From the human T2T-CHM13v2.0 reference genome, Homo sapiens, in assembly GCF_009914755.1 (NCBI RefSeq), contig NC_060933.1: a stretch of DNA of 64,000 nucleotides; one strand, 5' to 3'. Positions within the stretch are counted from its first letter, which is position 1; each line of letters opens with the position of its first letter. Below, piece after piece: positions 1 to 21,645 of the stretch. A model generated the notes under the pieces. The model ran no database searches, was not told the DNA's origin, and saw nothing but the letters and a program-made list of their open reading frames with translations. Position numbers and translations under genes: made by a program.

Positions 1-239
1 CTCCCTTGTAGGAGGCTGATAACCCTGCAGGGTATCTTGCATTGTTCCTCAGGTTGCTTTAGGACTCTTAAAGCAAACCACCCTATTTTGTACTTAAAGC
101 TTGCCCTGGGTACTTTCCCAAGCATCCAGGCCCGGGAATGACACTGTATTGGGAAATGAGCTAATTAACCACATCCCTTCTTCCTAAGCCAACTCCAGGG
201 CAACTGCAACATCATCATAGAAGTTGCACAGGTCAATGC

Positions 240-743
<504 letters not shown>

Positions 744-1433
744 CTACTGTTTATTGCCAAAATCGTAGTCCTCCTTTTCTGAGAGTGAGACCATGTTCTG
801 GTAAGTTCTCTGCGTGGAGGAGCACAGAATCTGAGTTTGCCGAGAGTAGGCTGAGAATGCCCATCCTCACTCTTCCAGTTAGTCACTCTTCCTCCCTCTG
901 GAGGACTGTGTGAAGGAAAAGAGGAAAATGGGGGTGAACATGTCTGCCCATACTTTCTCCCCTTCTCCATGACAGTATGAAGAATGGGGAACAAGCTTTC
1001 TTCCCTCTCCACACTGCCTTTCACATTGCAACATCCTCTGAGTCTATCAGGGACCATCAGCTGATCTGGCAATGCAATCCATTCTGATGGGAAATGGGAT
1101 AGAAGGGACCGTTTTTTCCCTTTAAACATTGACAGACAATGGTCTTTGCTGTCTTCTCTAGAATAGTAGGTAACATGGCAATCACATAGGAGGGAAGACA
1201 AGTAGCCTGAAAGCGCAGATATGGTATTTGGGGACTGGCAGAATGAAATTAGATCAGCAGAGCCACAAAGGACCCCAGGGATCATTTGAGAATTTGAAAA
1301 TAGGAGATATTGGGCATTGAACAATTGGTAAGAGGAACAAAAGGTGAAAGACACACAGAAGAGGCAGTAAGACGACCTGAAGCTATGAGTGAGCAGACAC
1401 TATAGGGTCAGATGGAGATAAAGAGCATATTGC

Positions 1434-1717
1434 AGCTGGGCACAGTGGCTCACGCCTATAATCCCAGCAATTTGGGAGGCTGAGACAGGCAGATGGCTTG
1501 AGCTCAGGAGTTTGAGATCAGTGTGGGCAACATAGCAAAACCCTGTCTCTACAAAAAATACACAAAATTAGCCAGGCATGGTGGTGTGTGCCTGTGGTCC
1601 CAGCTATACATGAGGCCGAGGTGGGAGGATCACTTGAGCCAGGGATGTGGAGCCAAGATCACTCCACCACACTCCAGCCTGAGTGACAGAGTAAGACTAT
1701 CTCAAAAAAAAAAAAAG
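1434..1717 (+). mobile_element. AluJ
   Basis: Alu consensus. Confidence 0.95.
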
Positions 1718-1874
1718 AGAACATTTTTCAGGTAAAGATGTGAATAGCAGAGGAAAAGACGGAGAAGCTGAATCAAAAGGATGGTGAGGCGCTAAAGCAG
1801 CCATTGGCTCCTCCTGCTGCTGAGGGAAGGGGAGTGATCACCCAATTGCTAGACCCACCCTGAATCTTGTATAA

Positions 1875-2695
<821 letters not shown>

Positions 2696-3340
2696 CTGTG
2701 TAATCTTCCCATTATCAAACTATGTTCTAGGCCCGGGGGATGGGGGAGGATAGTTGTTGAGCTGCATAAAGGTTCATTAGAGACCTGGCTGTATGGCCAG
2801 CACTCTGCCTTATACGTGTACCTTCATAAACCATCAATGTTCAAAGCAATCTGGATAAACCTCTCTGTACCTTACAACCCAAAGATCCTAACAGATTAGC
2901 TTTTCCTCTGGCAATTGCACTCTGCACAAACTGTGTAAATTAGTACTAAAACTTTTGATCCACTAGTTTTTATCTCCCAGTTGTAAGACCTGAGGTCTTT
3001 TTGATTAGCCCAGAATTCACTGTGGTCATTTCTCCCATCCCAAATAATCAGTGTTGCAGCGTTAGAAGCCTCACTGTTTACCCTAACAACTCCCTCCACT
3101 TTTTTCCCCCCGGCCCTCCTAGAAAGGACTCCTTGGGCAGTAGGTACATCCATGTCTAGTGTCTGTCTTGAGATCTGAGAATGTCATGAGCGGTCAAGAT
3201 GACTGAGCACCTACAACACAACTCTCTGCTCACAGGAAGTAAAGCACCTGGGTAGAAAATAGGTGTGTTGATGGGTGGAGATAAGTCAAATGGAGAGAAA
3301 ACAAGAACATACCTGATTAGCTGGGAACTATAACCTCTAG

Positions 3341-3724
<384 letters not shown>

Positions 3725-3810
3725 TCCTCACCCCTTTTCTGCTCTCTGCTACTCCTCTCCTCTCTCCTTCTCCCTGATCTCCTTGCTCTCTTCTACCCCC
3801 ATTTTTCTTT

Positions 3811-4126
<316 letters not shown>

Positions 4127-4214
4127 TACCCCCATTTTTCTTCAGGACCCTGGGAGGTACAAGTAAACCACAAGGAAACATTGGCAGGACCCAATCCTCT
4201 CTTCCAAAAAGTCT

Positions 4215-4750
<536 letters not shown>

Positions 4751-4875
4751 GCAAACTGAACTTTAATCTTTTTCTTTCAGGGAATATCCATTAAAGATGG
4801 CTCTAATGAGGAAGTAGCATTCTTTGGAATTCTCTGCAGCCCACGATATGAGATGTCTCCTGCTGTAGTCAATGA

Positions 4876-5357
<482 letters not shown>

Positions 5358-6020
5358 TCAAACCTTCCCCTGATTTCTCCAATAAAACGACACAAATACC
5401 ACCTCACTATATCCCTTACAGATTGCAGTTGAAGAACTCAAGCTATTCACCAACTGTTCTGCTTTCTGATGAATGAGTATGAGAGGATTATGACTGTGTA
5501 ATATGAGATATTGGGCAAGAAGTGATTAAAAAGCAGTATCTCAAGTTACTCTTGCTGCAGAAGCATGTAACACTGTTGCCCAGGAAATACCAGAGCATTG
5601 TGCGCATGGAGGAGTCATTTTCAGTTCCGATCTCAAGCAGGAAGGAACTCCTCCAGACAGAGGGGCTTTAAACCTCCTTTTCTTGGCCACCACATATATG
5701 AATACAGTCACTAGAGGAGAAAAATCCCAGCAGATTACATGCTCACAGCCCTCGGGTTGGAGATTCAGAGCATTCAGCCTCACTCAGCTATTCTCAGACT
5801 CAGCATCCAAACACTGCAGCTTCAGCTTGTGCAGAAAGATGATGCTGAGTAATAAGATCCTATAGAAACAGGCAGACATCCCAGTGCAGGGCATCCTGTG
5901 TGAGACCAGGAGACATGGGCTGCCCACAAACAATTAGACCCAACCTGCCCCACTGGTTTAGGGTAATCACTGGCATCATCTGAAGAGGAGCAGGAGTTGG
6001 AGATCAGAACCCACTGTGGG

Positions 6021-6328
6021 TTTTTTGTTTTTTTTTTTGCTTTTTGAGACAGAATGTCACTCTTGTCGCTCAGGCTGGAGTGCAGTGTCACAATCTTGGC
6101 TCACTGTAACCTCTGCTTCCTGGGTTCAAGTGATTCTCCCACCTCAGCCTTCTAAGTAACTGGGATTACAGGCTCCTGCCATCATGCCAGGCTAATTTTT
6201 GTATTTTTAGTAGAAACGGGGTTTCACCATGTTGGCCAGGCTGGTCTCCAACTCCTTACCTCAGGTGATCCGCCCGCCTCAGCCTCCCAAAGTGCTGGGA
6301 TTACAGACGTAAGCCACTGCTCCCGGCC
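6021..6328 (-). mobile_element. AluS
   Basis: Alu consensus. Confidence 0.95.
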
Positions 6329-7696
6329 TCACTGTGAGTTTTTTTTAACTAGTGTGTAGTACAGCCCTTTTTCAGTCACTTTCAGCATTTCATTATGATG
6401 TCTTTACAAAGTTTTGAGGTTGGTGAATTCCAAGACAATGTTAGAATCTTCTAGAAAAATAAAGATAAGTACCGCCTTTTACCAATTTCTTACCATTGTT
6501 TGTGCCACACATTACAACAGCTCTTCATTTAAGGTGGGGGAGGATACAATATTGAGTTGAAACATCATGGCAGTTTCTGTTTTATGTTGGACAAGCCTTC
6601 TGTGCATTGTCTTGTCTGTAGTGCCAATTTTTATGGTTCTATGGTGTATTTACAGACATGACAATAATGGTGGTGGTGGGATGGAACAGAATAATGTTGG
6701 GTTCTGGAGTGCCTGGATAGCAGGGAAATAATTCAGACAGAAAAATATCAAGGCCAAAAATAAATTGTGCACTTGAGAGGCTGAAAGAGAATGAGATATG
6801 AATCCCTGACTGTAATTGTAGTTGTGTTCACTGTGAGGACAGGTGTTTGCCCTCTGATAATAAGTAGACTTTAATCCTAGGTGTGAGTGCTAGCCACTGT
6901 CAACAGGGGTGGCTCCAGATAAATCCAAAGTAATTGCCCAAGACACAACATCAGCCCACAACCAAATTCTCACACTGGAGAGTTACATGACTGGTGGATA
7001 CAGCTCATTAGGTAATAGTCAAGGCACTGGTTCTTCCCAGTCAACAAACATCCTCTAAATGCTTCAGGAGCCAGCAAGGCAAGCTGTTCCAGCCATGGAG
7101 AGGTGTGGCTCTGGTGTGCGGTGACACACTGTGAACACCCAAGCTATGCAGTGCTGATTAGTTGGGTAATGGATGAATGAGTCAAAGATCACGCTTCCCA
7201 GTTTGTCAGCTGCTTGGTAGCTCCCAGGGACTGGCTCCAGTCTGTCACTGGCTCCATGCAAGCAAGCAATCCTGGGGCTGATTGTGAGCCACAGAGTCAC
7301 TGTCAAGACCTGAGTTTCAGTGTAGTAGGTGGAGAGGCAGGATAAAGAGACATCTGACTCGCAACCTTCAGTCTAGAGAGGAGGATTCGGTCAGAGGCTA
7401 CGTTTTCCTGAGCATCTTCCTTTTCTTCAGGGCATTGTGAATATGTGATGACAGCCCAAGGCAAGAAGCAAAGCAAGAGTCTGATCCCATGCACTAGGTA
7501 TCCCAAGGCTAGAGGGGGAGGTCTTCAGCCTGAGTCATCAGCTCAGGCAATGTATGAAGTCTTGCCTATAAGACATGACCACCACTGTTGAGACTTGTCA
7601 CATTGCCAATCAAAAGTTCTGGGATGGGGGGTTGGCAGGTGGCGAGCTTTCCTTCCAATCCCCAGTGTTCCAGGAAGAACAAAGGAATCATATACT

Positions 7697-7890
7697 CTCA
7701 GCTTTAAATCCTGGCTAAATTTCTTAATAATTGAATGACTACAGACAAAGAATTAATATCTGAGTCTCAATTTCTTATCTGTAAATATAATATCCACATT
7801 GTAGGGCTGTTCTGAATATTACATTAAATTAGATACATAAAGCTCCCAACACAGTAGCTAGTACAAGTAGAAGCTCCATAAATGACAATT
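7697..7890 (+). mobile_element. MIR
   Basis: tttaaatcctggct...tctgagtctcaatttcttatctgtaaa core. Confidence 0.7.
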
Positions 7891-7960
7891 TCTATCTCTG
7901 GGACTAGTGAATCTCAGAGTTAGAAAAATGTAAAAAGTCATCCAAGAAAACCCTCCTTCA

Positions 7961-8186
7961 ATTAGCCGGGCATGGTGGCACGTGTCTGTAGTCCCAGCTA
8001 CTCAGGAGGCTGAGGCAAGAGAATGGCTTGAACCTGGGAGACAGAGGTTGCAGTGAGCCAAGATTGCGTCACTGCACTCCAGCCTGTGCGACAGAGTGAG
8101 ACTCTGTCTCAAAAAAAACAAACAAACAAGCAAACAAAAAAACCAAAAAAAAAAAAAAAATACAAACCCCAAACCAAACCAAACAA
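7961..8186 (+). mobile_element. 5'-truncated Alu (right arm)
   Basis: Right monomer with long tail; TSD aaaaccctccttca. Confidence 0.95.
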
Positions 8187-9126
8187 AAAACCCTCCTTCA
8201 GAATTTCTGTTGTCAGAATTTCCTATGCCACCTCTAAGACATGGGCCATTCAGCCTCTGTTTTGAATCCATCGAAGGCAAGAGGGATCTTCTTCAGCAGT
8301 TCTGAGGGTCTTGCCGAAATTGAGCTGAAACATAATTCTCAGGGGCTTCTACTATTTGAAATAGTGATACCTTGCCATATGCAGGACAAGTGCTTTCAGT
8401 TGTACAGACTGCACATTGCTCAGCTGTGGGCGTCTGCTGCTTTTCACGTAGACTACTGTGTAAACAGTGTCCCTGGAGTTGGGCAGTGTGATGGCCCTAT
8501 CAATGTGATAATCATTCAAATATTTGGGGTCAACCTCACACTCATTTGAGTCTTCTCCAATGAAAACACTCATAATTCCTCTGTCAAGCCTCATCTGGCA
8601 AGTTTTGGTTTTCCATCACTCTAGTGACTCTTCTTTGAATGCTCAACTGTGTGACACCTGGATCTGGGCACAATGCATTAATCATCTTCTGGCCAGTTTG
8701 GAATAGTGAGATTCACTTTTCACACCTCATGCTGCTATGTTCTCCTACCTCTACCCCACCCTGCATTTTATAATTTGCTTTGTTACTTTAGTTCTCATTT
8801 AATCCAAGAACAGGACTTTACATTGGCAAAGATTACTCAAGACTCACAGGACCAAGGGCAGAGTTGTTTTTTTTTTTTTCCAGTCTTAGAAAATTCCCTC
8901 CAACTTGACATTGATTCTTTTTTCTTTATTTCTTTTCTTTTCTTTTTGTTTGTTTGTTTTTAAAATTTTCATTGCGCTAGCATGCAGCTAAGATGTCTCT
9001 ATCTTGACCCCAATTTTATTACGGGAGACTCTGTTTAGTTTTTTGGTCAAGTTATTTATTTCTTCAGCCAACATTCATTGAGCACCTGCTGTGTCTTGGC
9101 ACTGTACCAGATACTTGCCGTAGACG

Positions 9127-9344
9127 CCGTGTTGTGGCGGTAAGTGTTTTAACAGCTGACTACCCAGAAGAAAAAAAAACCCTAGTTTGTTTGTAATGTT
9201 TGCTGATTTCCATGGCATAACTACTTCCTACCATGGCAGATTTCAAACTACCAAGGTGATGTCATTGAACACAGAGTTGGAAAGAGATGTATATGCATAA
9301 ACAGCTCTTGTGAGCCAGCATGAGGCGACCCCAGCACACCACTG
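9127..9344 (-). mobile_element. MER63A (hAT-Blackjack)
   Basis: tttgctgatttccatgg...gatttcaaactacc...ccagcacaccactg terminus. Confidence 0.8.
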
Positions 9345-9570
9345 ATAATTTACAGATGAGCCACATAATTCTGCCTTAGGAAAGCTCCATGAGGTTCTTA
9401 TAATCTGGTGATGCACAGAGTCCATCTCTCCTCTAAATCTACCATGGAGAAACCATGTCAAAGGAGGAAATAACATTTGTCTGACATGATTTGTTCTCAG
9501 AGCACCTGTACTGTTTCATAATTGCAAAGGATTCTTTTACGTGCTTGGGAACCATTCTTTTCATATTTCA

Positions 9571-9871
<301 letters not shown>

Positions 9872-10239
9872 TCACCTATAGTTTAGGGGATCTACCTTCT
9901 CCCTTCAAAAAACTGTACACTGTTTGCCCATTTCTAGTCTTCTAACACTTTGACTATTCTCCATACATCCTCAAAGCTCTCTTTGAGCAACCTGGAAATC
10001 TCATTCCTAAATTCTTTCAGTATCTTGCGGCAAATTCTGTTCCAAAACTGGAGCCCAGCACTCATTCACGTGGAGAGTTAACGTACTTCCCTCTTCACCT
10101 ATCTTGAGCTTTGAGTCTAACCAATGTAGAGTCTTCTCTTTTGGATCCAAAGATCTTTCTACCTGATGAGAAAGACAGAAGGAAAATAAGGATAAGGGTT
10201 TTTTTCTTCATGTTTCCATGGCACAAAATCTTTGTTAAC

Positions 10240-11387
<1,148 letters not shown>

Positions 11388-11885
11388 CAAACCCATTCCT
11401 GATCTCCTTCTCCCTTGCTGTCTTCCACTCTAGAAGCTGGAGAACCTAATGCTTGCTGTGTCAGCAGGTCTGTGCTTTCCGAGTCCACATGATGGTCACC
11501 CAGATACCACTTTCACCAACATATGGTGTGCTGGAGATCCAGAGGACCTTGACTATGGAAGAAAGTGCTTTGGCTGTCAAGACACACCCAGTGGCAGAGG
11601 AGAAGATAATGCTTCTCCTCTATAGTGTTGTGCTCAGCTGCAGCCACATCTAGTGTGGGAAATTTCTGCCACACAGCTCTATCTGTAGGTGACACATGGA
11701 CACAGCCTCTTCCCAAGGTGTCTTCGTATAGGGCTAGAGTGCTACATGCGGAGATATTTCTAAACATAGTCACACATTTTACCTGTAACTCCCTTTCCCT
11801 ACCATCTCAGTGTCCTAGCCCCTGAGAGCAGAAGTCCCATCGTATCCCAATTCTAAGATCCACCACGTTTTCTAGCTCAAAATTA

Positions 11886-12233
<348 letters not shown>

Positions 12234-12504
12234 TTATTACAGCAAAAGTGCATTTTTGTTTCCTAATCCCCATAAAGAAATTACCCCCTCAGTACCTCAA
12301 GCCATAGTTTCTTTCTCTTATGATTCTTATGCATTTAACTTCCTTTTTTGATCAGTATTGCTTCTCTACCTTTCCTCTCACAACCACCATAAAGCTGTCG
12401 GCAAAGCAAAGCGAGGAGTTTGCCACAGGCTCTGGTTTTATGTGTATGAAAATTTCAGTGGAGTGTGGACTGTTTATGTACTTCCATATCATTCTTTACT
12501 TCCC

Positions 12505-12762
12505 TCCAGCTAGGAGTGTAGTGGCGTGATCTCGGCTCACCACAACCTCTGCCTTGCAGGTTCAATCTATTCTCCTGCCCCAGCCTCCCGAGTAGCTGGG
12601 ATTAGAGGCATGCACCATCATGCCCGGCTACTTTTTGTATTTTTAGCAGAGACGGAGTTTCACTATGTTGGCGAGGCTGGTCTCGAACTCCTGACCTCAT
12701 GATCCGCCCACCTCGGCCTCCCAAAGTGCTGGGATTACAGGCATGAGCCACCGCGCCTGGCC
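12505..12762 (-). mobile_element. AluS, 3'-truncated
   Basis: Alu consensus. Confidence 0.95.
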
Positions 12763-13265
12763 AAGACTGCATTTCTTGTCCACCAGGACAGTACTTGTGT
12801 TGTTCTTCCTTTTAGCCTTACTATATGCCCTCTGTATCTCTGGCCTAAGGTGATTGATTTCCATCCACCATAAATATTCCCTTGAAGGGTTCTGTTCTCT
12901 TCCATCTCTGTGTTCCATTCTTAAGTTTCATGCCTCAGAGTCTCAGCAACTGAGGTCACTCAGTTTCTTACTCATGCTCTGAACTTAGGTACACACTCTT
13001 TGTTACTCATTAATATGTTCTAGGTGCCATGGGGAAATCCAAGATGCTTCATGTGACAGGAATCCTGCCTTGTGGTTCACAGTCCAGTTGAGAGATGATT
13101 ATTTAACCACTAGGAGAAAAAGAAGTAGTGCCTGCTCAAAGAAAGGGATTGATAAAATGCAATGGGTGGTCAGAGGGGGACAGAGGGCACTTCTAATTTA
13201 AAGACAGACCTCAAGGAGGAGGGACTTCTAAGCCAGACCCGGAGAAGTATAAACAACTTAAAGGT

Positions 13266-13740
<475 letters not shown>

Positions 13741-13970
13741 AACTTAAAGATATGAAGAAAGGGGTGGGTGTCATTGCAGGCAGAGGAGACTGTCATGTGT
13801 ATGAAACGTGCAGAGGTGTGATAAGGCTGGTGTGTCCATGGAGAAGAATGAAGTTCAGCTTGAACAGGCACAGGCTGGTGTGCAGGGGTGGTGGTGGCGG
13901 GACTACCTTGATCTTGGACTGCCAGACTGGGCGACATAGTGAGACCCCATCTCTACCAAAACATTTTTTA

Positions 13971-14305
<335 letters not shown>

Positions 14306-14333
14306 TCACTTATCACCACTGATGGGCAACACA

Positions 14334-14377
14334 GAGCTGAGAAAATGGCAGTGGAGCTGAGAAAATGGCAGTGGAGC
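14334..14377. repeat. 20-bp tandem duplication
   Basis: gagctgagaaaatggcagtg x2 plus gagc. Confidence 0.9.
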
Positions 14378-14924
14378 CAAGAGTAGAGGCAAGAGTAAGG
14401 CTCAGAAGGAAGGGGAGGTAGGGAACTCCCCAAGGTCTTGCAACACAGCCTGGCTATGAGTGAGTCCCCCTCCCTCCCCCAGCAGATCCTGCAGAGAAGA
14501 CATCATCTCTTTCCTGGTGACAGTGCCTATCTTCCAGGACACAGCTGCCTCTTCAAAGCTAAGGCAAATCTTGTGCTGGAACCAAAGCCCCATCTGTTGG
14601 ACTCCTCTACCCAGACCATTTGCCAAAATGATGGAATAGGGCCAGGCCTGCCAAGAGGTCCTCAGAGGGTATCTAGGTGAAGCCCCTCTCTCTATCAAAG
14701 AGGGAAGTTAGGCCTATGGATAGGGAGGGATTTGCCCAAGGTCATTTATCTAGCAAGTAGCTGCAGTAAAACTTGATGCCAGCCCTTCTTACACAAGATG
14801 TAGGTTAAGAGAGCATTAGCCTTAAGCCAGACTACATGGGTCCAAATCCTGGCTGCTTCTGTGTCGGCTGAGAGGTTTGACCAACTTCGTTAAACTCTTT
14901 CAGATTCAGCTGCCCTTTTATTTT

Positions 14925-15218
14925 TTAATCTTTATTTTATTTTGTTTGTTTGTTTGTTTGTTTTTTGAGACAGGGTCTTGCTCTGTCACCCAGGCTGGAA
15001 TGCAATGGCACGACCATGGCTGACTGCAGCCTTGACCCCCTGGGCTCAAGTAATCCTCCTATCTCAGCCTCCAGAGTAGCTGGGACTACAGGCACATGCC
15101 ACCATGCCCGACTAATTTTTAAAAAATTTTGGTAGAGATGGGGTCTCACTATGTTGCCCAGTCTGGTCTTGAACTCCTGGGCTCAAGTGATCCTCCAGCC
15201 TCAACCTCCCAAAGCACT
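14925..15218 (-). mobile_element. AluJ (within a MIR)
   Basis: Alu consensus. Confidence 0.95.
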
Positions 15219-15414
15219 GTTTCCCAATTAAATGAAATAATAAATGAAAATCACTTAACATAATGACTGCATATAATAAGGGCTCAACACGTTAGTGAAA
15301 AAAAATGCCTGATTACTTTTCTCTACCTTCTGCAATAAAGACCTCCCAGTCCCAGTTCTTTCCCCTAGAACAAACTACTAAGTAGATATTAGATTTCCCT
15401 AGAGCTGGTCATAG

Positions 15415-15850
<436 letters not shown>

Positions 15851-16037
15851 TAACAGGATGTGCTTGTGTAAGTTGCATTATTGGCAGCAGAGGCAAAATT
15901 GTGGCCACACGAGAGAGGCGTCAGTTACTCTGCATTTTAACTTTCTTTTATCTTAGCTAATTTTAAAAGATTCCTTATTTCCATTAAGAAAGAAATTATG
16001 CTTATTATAATATGTTCAAACAAAAATGCATAATTTA

Positions 16038-16875
<838 letters not shown>

Positions 16876-16904
16876 AATTACATATTTTCTTCAAGTTTTA
16901 TTTT

Positions 16905-17300
16905 ATTACATCCTATTTGCTAGGGCTGCCTTAACAAAATACCCCAGACCAGTTACTCCAAAAACAGGATTTATTTTCTCACAGTTGTGGAGGCTGGCAG
17001 TGCAAGATCACGGTGTTGAGAGGGCTGGTTTCTTCTCAGGCCTCTCTCCTTGGCTTTTGGGTGGCCGCGTCCTCTCCCTGTGTCCTCACATGGTCTTCCC
17101 TCTGTGTGAGTCTGTGTCCTAATCTCCTTTTCTTATAAAGACACCAGTCCTGTTAGATTACGGCCCACTCTAATGACCTCATTTACCCTTAATTACCTCT
17201 TTGAAGGCTCTGTTTCCAAATACAGTCACATCCTGAGAGGCTGAGGATTAGGGCTTCAACGTACAAATTGGTCGGGGGTGAGCCAAGGCACAATTCAGCC
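16905..17300 (-). mobile_element. MLT1A-type MaLR LTR
   Basis: ctagggctgccttaacaaaatacc...ctcacagttgtggaggctggc...ccaaatacagtcacatcctgag. Confidence 0.85.
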
Positions 17301-17307
17301 TCTCTTT

Positions 17308-17354
17308 CACACACACACACACACGCACACACACACACGCACACACACACACAC
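17308..17354. repeat. (CA)n microsatellite
   Basis: Interrupted CA run. Confidence 0.95.
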
Positions 17355-17607
17355 AATTTTTTCTATACATCTTTGCAACTTGATTTTTCTTAAAGTAATT
17401 TCAACATGTTTTCATGTGAGAAGAAGACCTGTATCCTTCTGAGGAAGCTGAGGTATTGAATCTTTAGCTTTTTATCCTCCGTAGGAAATGCAGGCCCACT
17501 GGGTCATGACCAAGTCTCAGTTAGCAGGGCACATGGGCCTTTCACAGCCTCTCATCCTTCTTTTGATTGCTTTTATTTCTCCATCTTTTCCTCTGACATT
17601 TATGTGA

Positions 17608-18165
<558 letters not shown>

Positions 18166-18579
18166 TGATTCCTTTCTACATCTTTCCTCTCTTTGGCTTC
18201 TAGAGGTCACATGCACTTTCTTTTTTGTGTAAGTGCAAGGCATGTGTTATCTGAAAGTCCCTGCTGTTTTCACAAATGCTTTCTCCACCTGTGGGGGTGG
18301 CCATGAGCCTGTGGCTTCAGCTTCTGGGAAAGCTGAGGTGGGAAGATCGCTTAAGGCCAAGAGTTGGATGAATGTTTTCTCCAAGTCTTCTCTTTGACCC
18401 TCAGGGTGAATAGTTTCTCCCTGACCGCTCTCCTCCTTGTAGTTGGTATTTGTGAATTTCCTCTACTATCTCCCTCTGGAATTCTGCCCTGGTAGGTCAA
18501 GTTTGGTCCTGCAGGCATACCCTCAGCTTTTAGATTCTTCTCATTTTCAGATGAGTCTTTGCAGGTATTGGTGCAGCTA

Positions 18580-18738
18580 AACACAGGGAAGGTAGTGTGC
18601 TGCCCTATGACATTATGATGGCTACAGCTACAACATCACTAGGTGATAGCAATTTTTCAGCTCCATTATACTCTTATGAGACCACTATTGTATATGTATC
18701 CATTATTGAACAAAACATTGCTATGTAACACATGACTG
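18580..18738 (-). mobile_element. Tigger3-family terminal fragment
   Basis: aatttttcagctccattata...catgactg|ta terminus. Confidence 0.75.
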
Positions 18739-18985
18739 TATTCACCTAAATATTCTTCTAGTAAGTACAAAGTGACTCCAATTTTTTTTCCAAATGACTA
18801 GCCAACGTTTCCAATGTCGTTTGTTCAACTATCCAAACTTTTCTCAGTTATATGATATATGGAAGAGTATTTATATGTACAGTGTATATAATATAATAAA
18901 TAATGTATAGATAAAGCTTTTCTAGACTTTTCTTTCAGTCTTATTGATATAGCTCTTCTAGTTATATCTATTTTCAGAATACTAA

Positions 18986-19321
<336 letters not shown>

Positions 19322-19407
19322 TCTCATACATAATACATATAAAAATTTACTTTTATACTACTGGTAACTCAAAAGTTGTATGAGTAATATAAAAGTGACC
19401 ATTTTTC

Positions 19408-19597
19408 AGCCTGGGCGAAATGGTGAAACCCCCTCTTTACTAAAAATACAAAAATTAGCCGGGCATGGTGGCATGCACCTGTAGTCCCAAGCTACTCAGG
19501 AGGCTGAGGCGGGAGGATTGCTTGAGCCCAGGACTTCAAGGCTGCAGCGAGCCATGATCGCGCCACTGCATTCCAACCTGGGTGACAAAGTGAGACC
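19408..19597 (+). mobile_element. Partial Alu with (TA)n tail
   Basis: Alu consensus. Confidence 0.9.
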
Positions 19598-20114
19598 ATA
19601 TATATATACATATTACATATATATATAATAAAATTTTTTTAAAAAGCCTATTTCCCTTTCCTCCTACTGAGACCCCTATGTACAAGGCCTAGTCTTAACG
19701 CTGACTTGTCAAAGCACAATGGCTATGCCGCAAATAAGAAAACTGAGACTACCTCTCTTCCTTCAAGGTTAGGCTGCCTAGCAGGGCCCAGGAACCCATG
19801 GTGAGTTACAAATTTGTCCGAAGTTATCAAATCTTTATTTTAATGTAAGAAAGGGGGGAAAGTCTTATGTAAATATTATCTCAACAGGTGGCCCTAAAGT
19901 TTATCTTTGGGAAGGAGCATTCTTGGTTCTACCAAAAAATACTTTCATAATTCTTCTAGACATATAAGGTTGATTCTCAAGTTGTAAAGCCTGGTTGTGA
20001 AGTGTAGAAAGAGAGAAAACAGAAATGAGACAGGAAGAGAGAAAAGGTAGAGAGCAGTGATACAGTAAAATTCCCAATGATGAAACAGCTAAAAGAACTT
20101 TTAAGAGGAATCTA

Positions 20115-20429
<315 letters not shown>

Positions 20430-20704
20430 TTAAGCTGAATTCTTAGGGCTTGTATTGTATGGATGTAAATTCCTTCATCTCTCCAAGTTTTCAGCATCAT
20501 CTCCTCAAATGAAGGCCATGTTGGCTGGGGCAGGTGGGGGCCGTTGAGGAGAATGGGGAAGTAGCTGTGTTCTGTATCTAGGTCCATGGACTGTTGTGCG
20601 ATGGGTCATGATCTAAACTTACTAGCAGAAACACAATCTTAGAGCAGAAGCAACTGTGAGAAGTTAAGTCCCCCAGACATTTGCAAAAATTTGGAGAGCA
20701 TTGA

Positions 20705-21039
<335 letters not shown>

Positions 21040-21429
21040 AAGGGGACTTTAAATTATACTAAATCTAGTGAGCAGGGTGATCTCAGCTAACACCTTGCAG
21101 TTATCTAAAATGTCACTAAATCTGTGTTTGTCTTTCCAAGGAGCTGGCTTCCTTCATATCTTTGAGGAAATGTCTCTCCATATTGTTCAATTCACCTTCC
21201 AGAAACTGGTGGGAAGAGACAGAAACTCAGTTTCAAAGCCTCTGCCAGTTCTTCCAATGGTCCTTTTTTAAGCCAAGCAAATTAGATATGATTAAGGCTT
21301 TTTTAATCTGTAAAATGTGTTTAATCACAATAGCTTTTTCACAGGATTGTGGTGAAGATTAAACAATTAATATGTATACAGTGCTTTAGGAGTGCCTGGC
21401 ACAAAAGTAAATTCTATATGCCTTGCCAC

Positions 21430-21645
21430 ACAGTAATCTCACCTGGAGAAGCTCTGAAACTACTGATGCCGGGGATCAGGTTGACGGGGGCCCTGACCAA
21501 TTAAGTCATAAACTCTGGAGTGGGGCTCAGATGTCAGCAGGCCCTTGTCCAATTAAGTCATAAACTCTGGAGTGGGGCTGACATGTCAGCATTTTTCAAA
21601 GCCTCCTAGATAATTCTAATGTGCAGTCAGCATTAACAACCACTG
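21430..21645. mobile_element. MER5A1 with an internal 52-bp tandem duplication
   Basis: cacctggagaagctctgaaactactgatgcc...attctaatgtgcagtcag...aaccactg. Confidence 0.75.
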
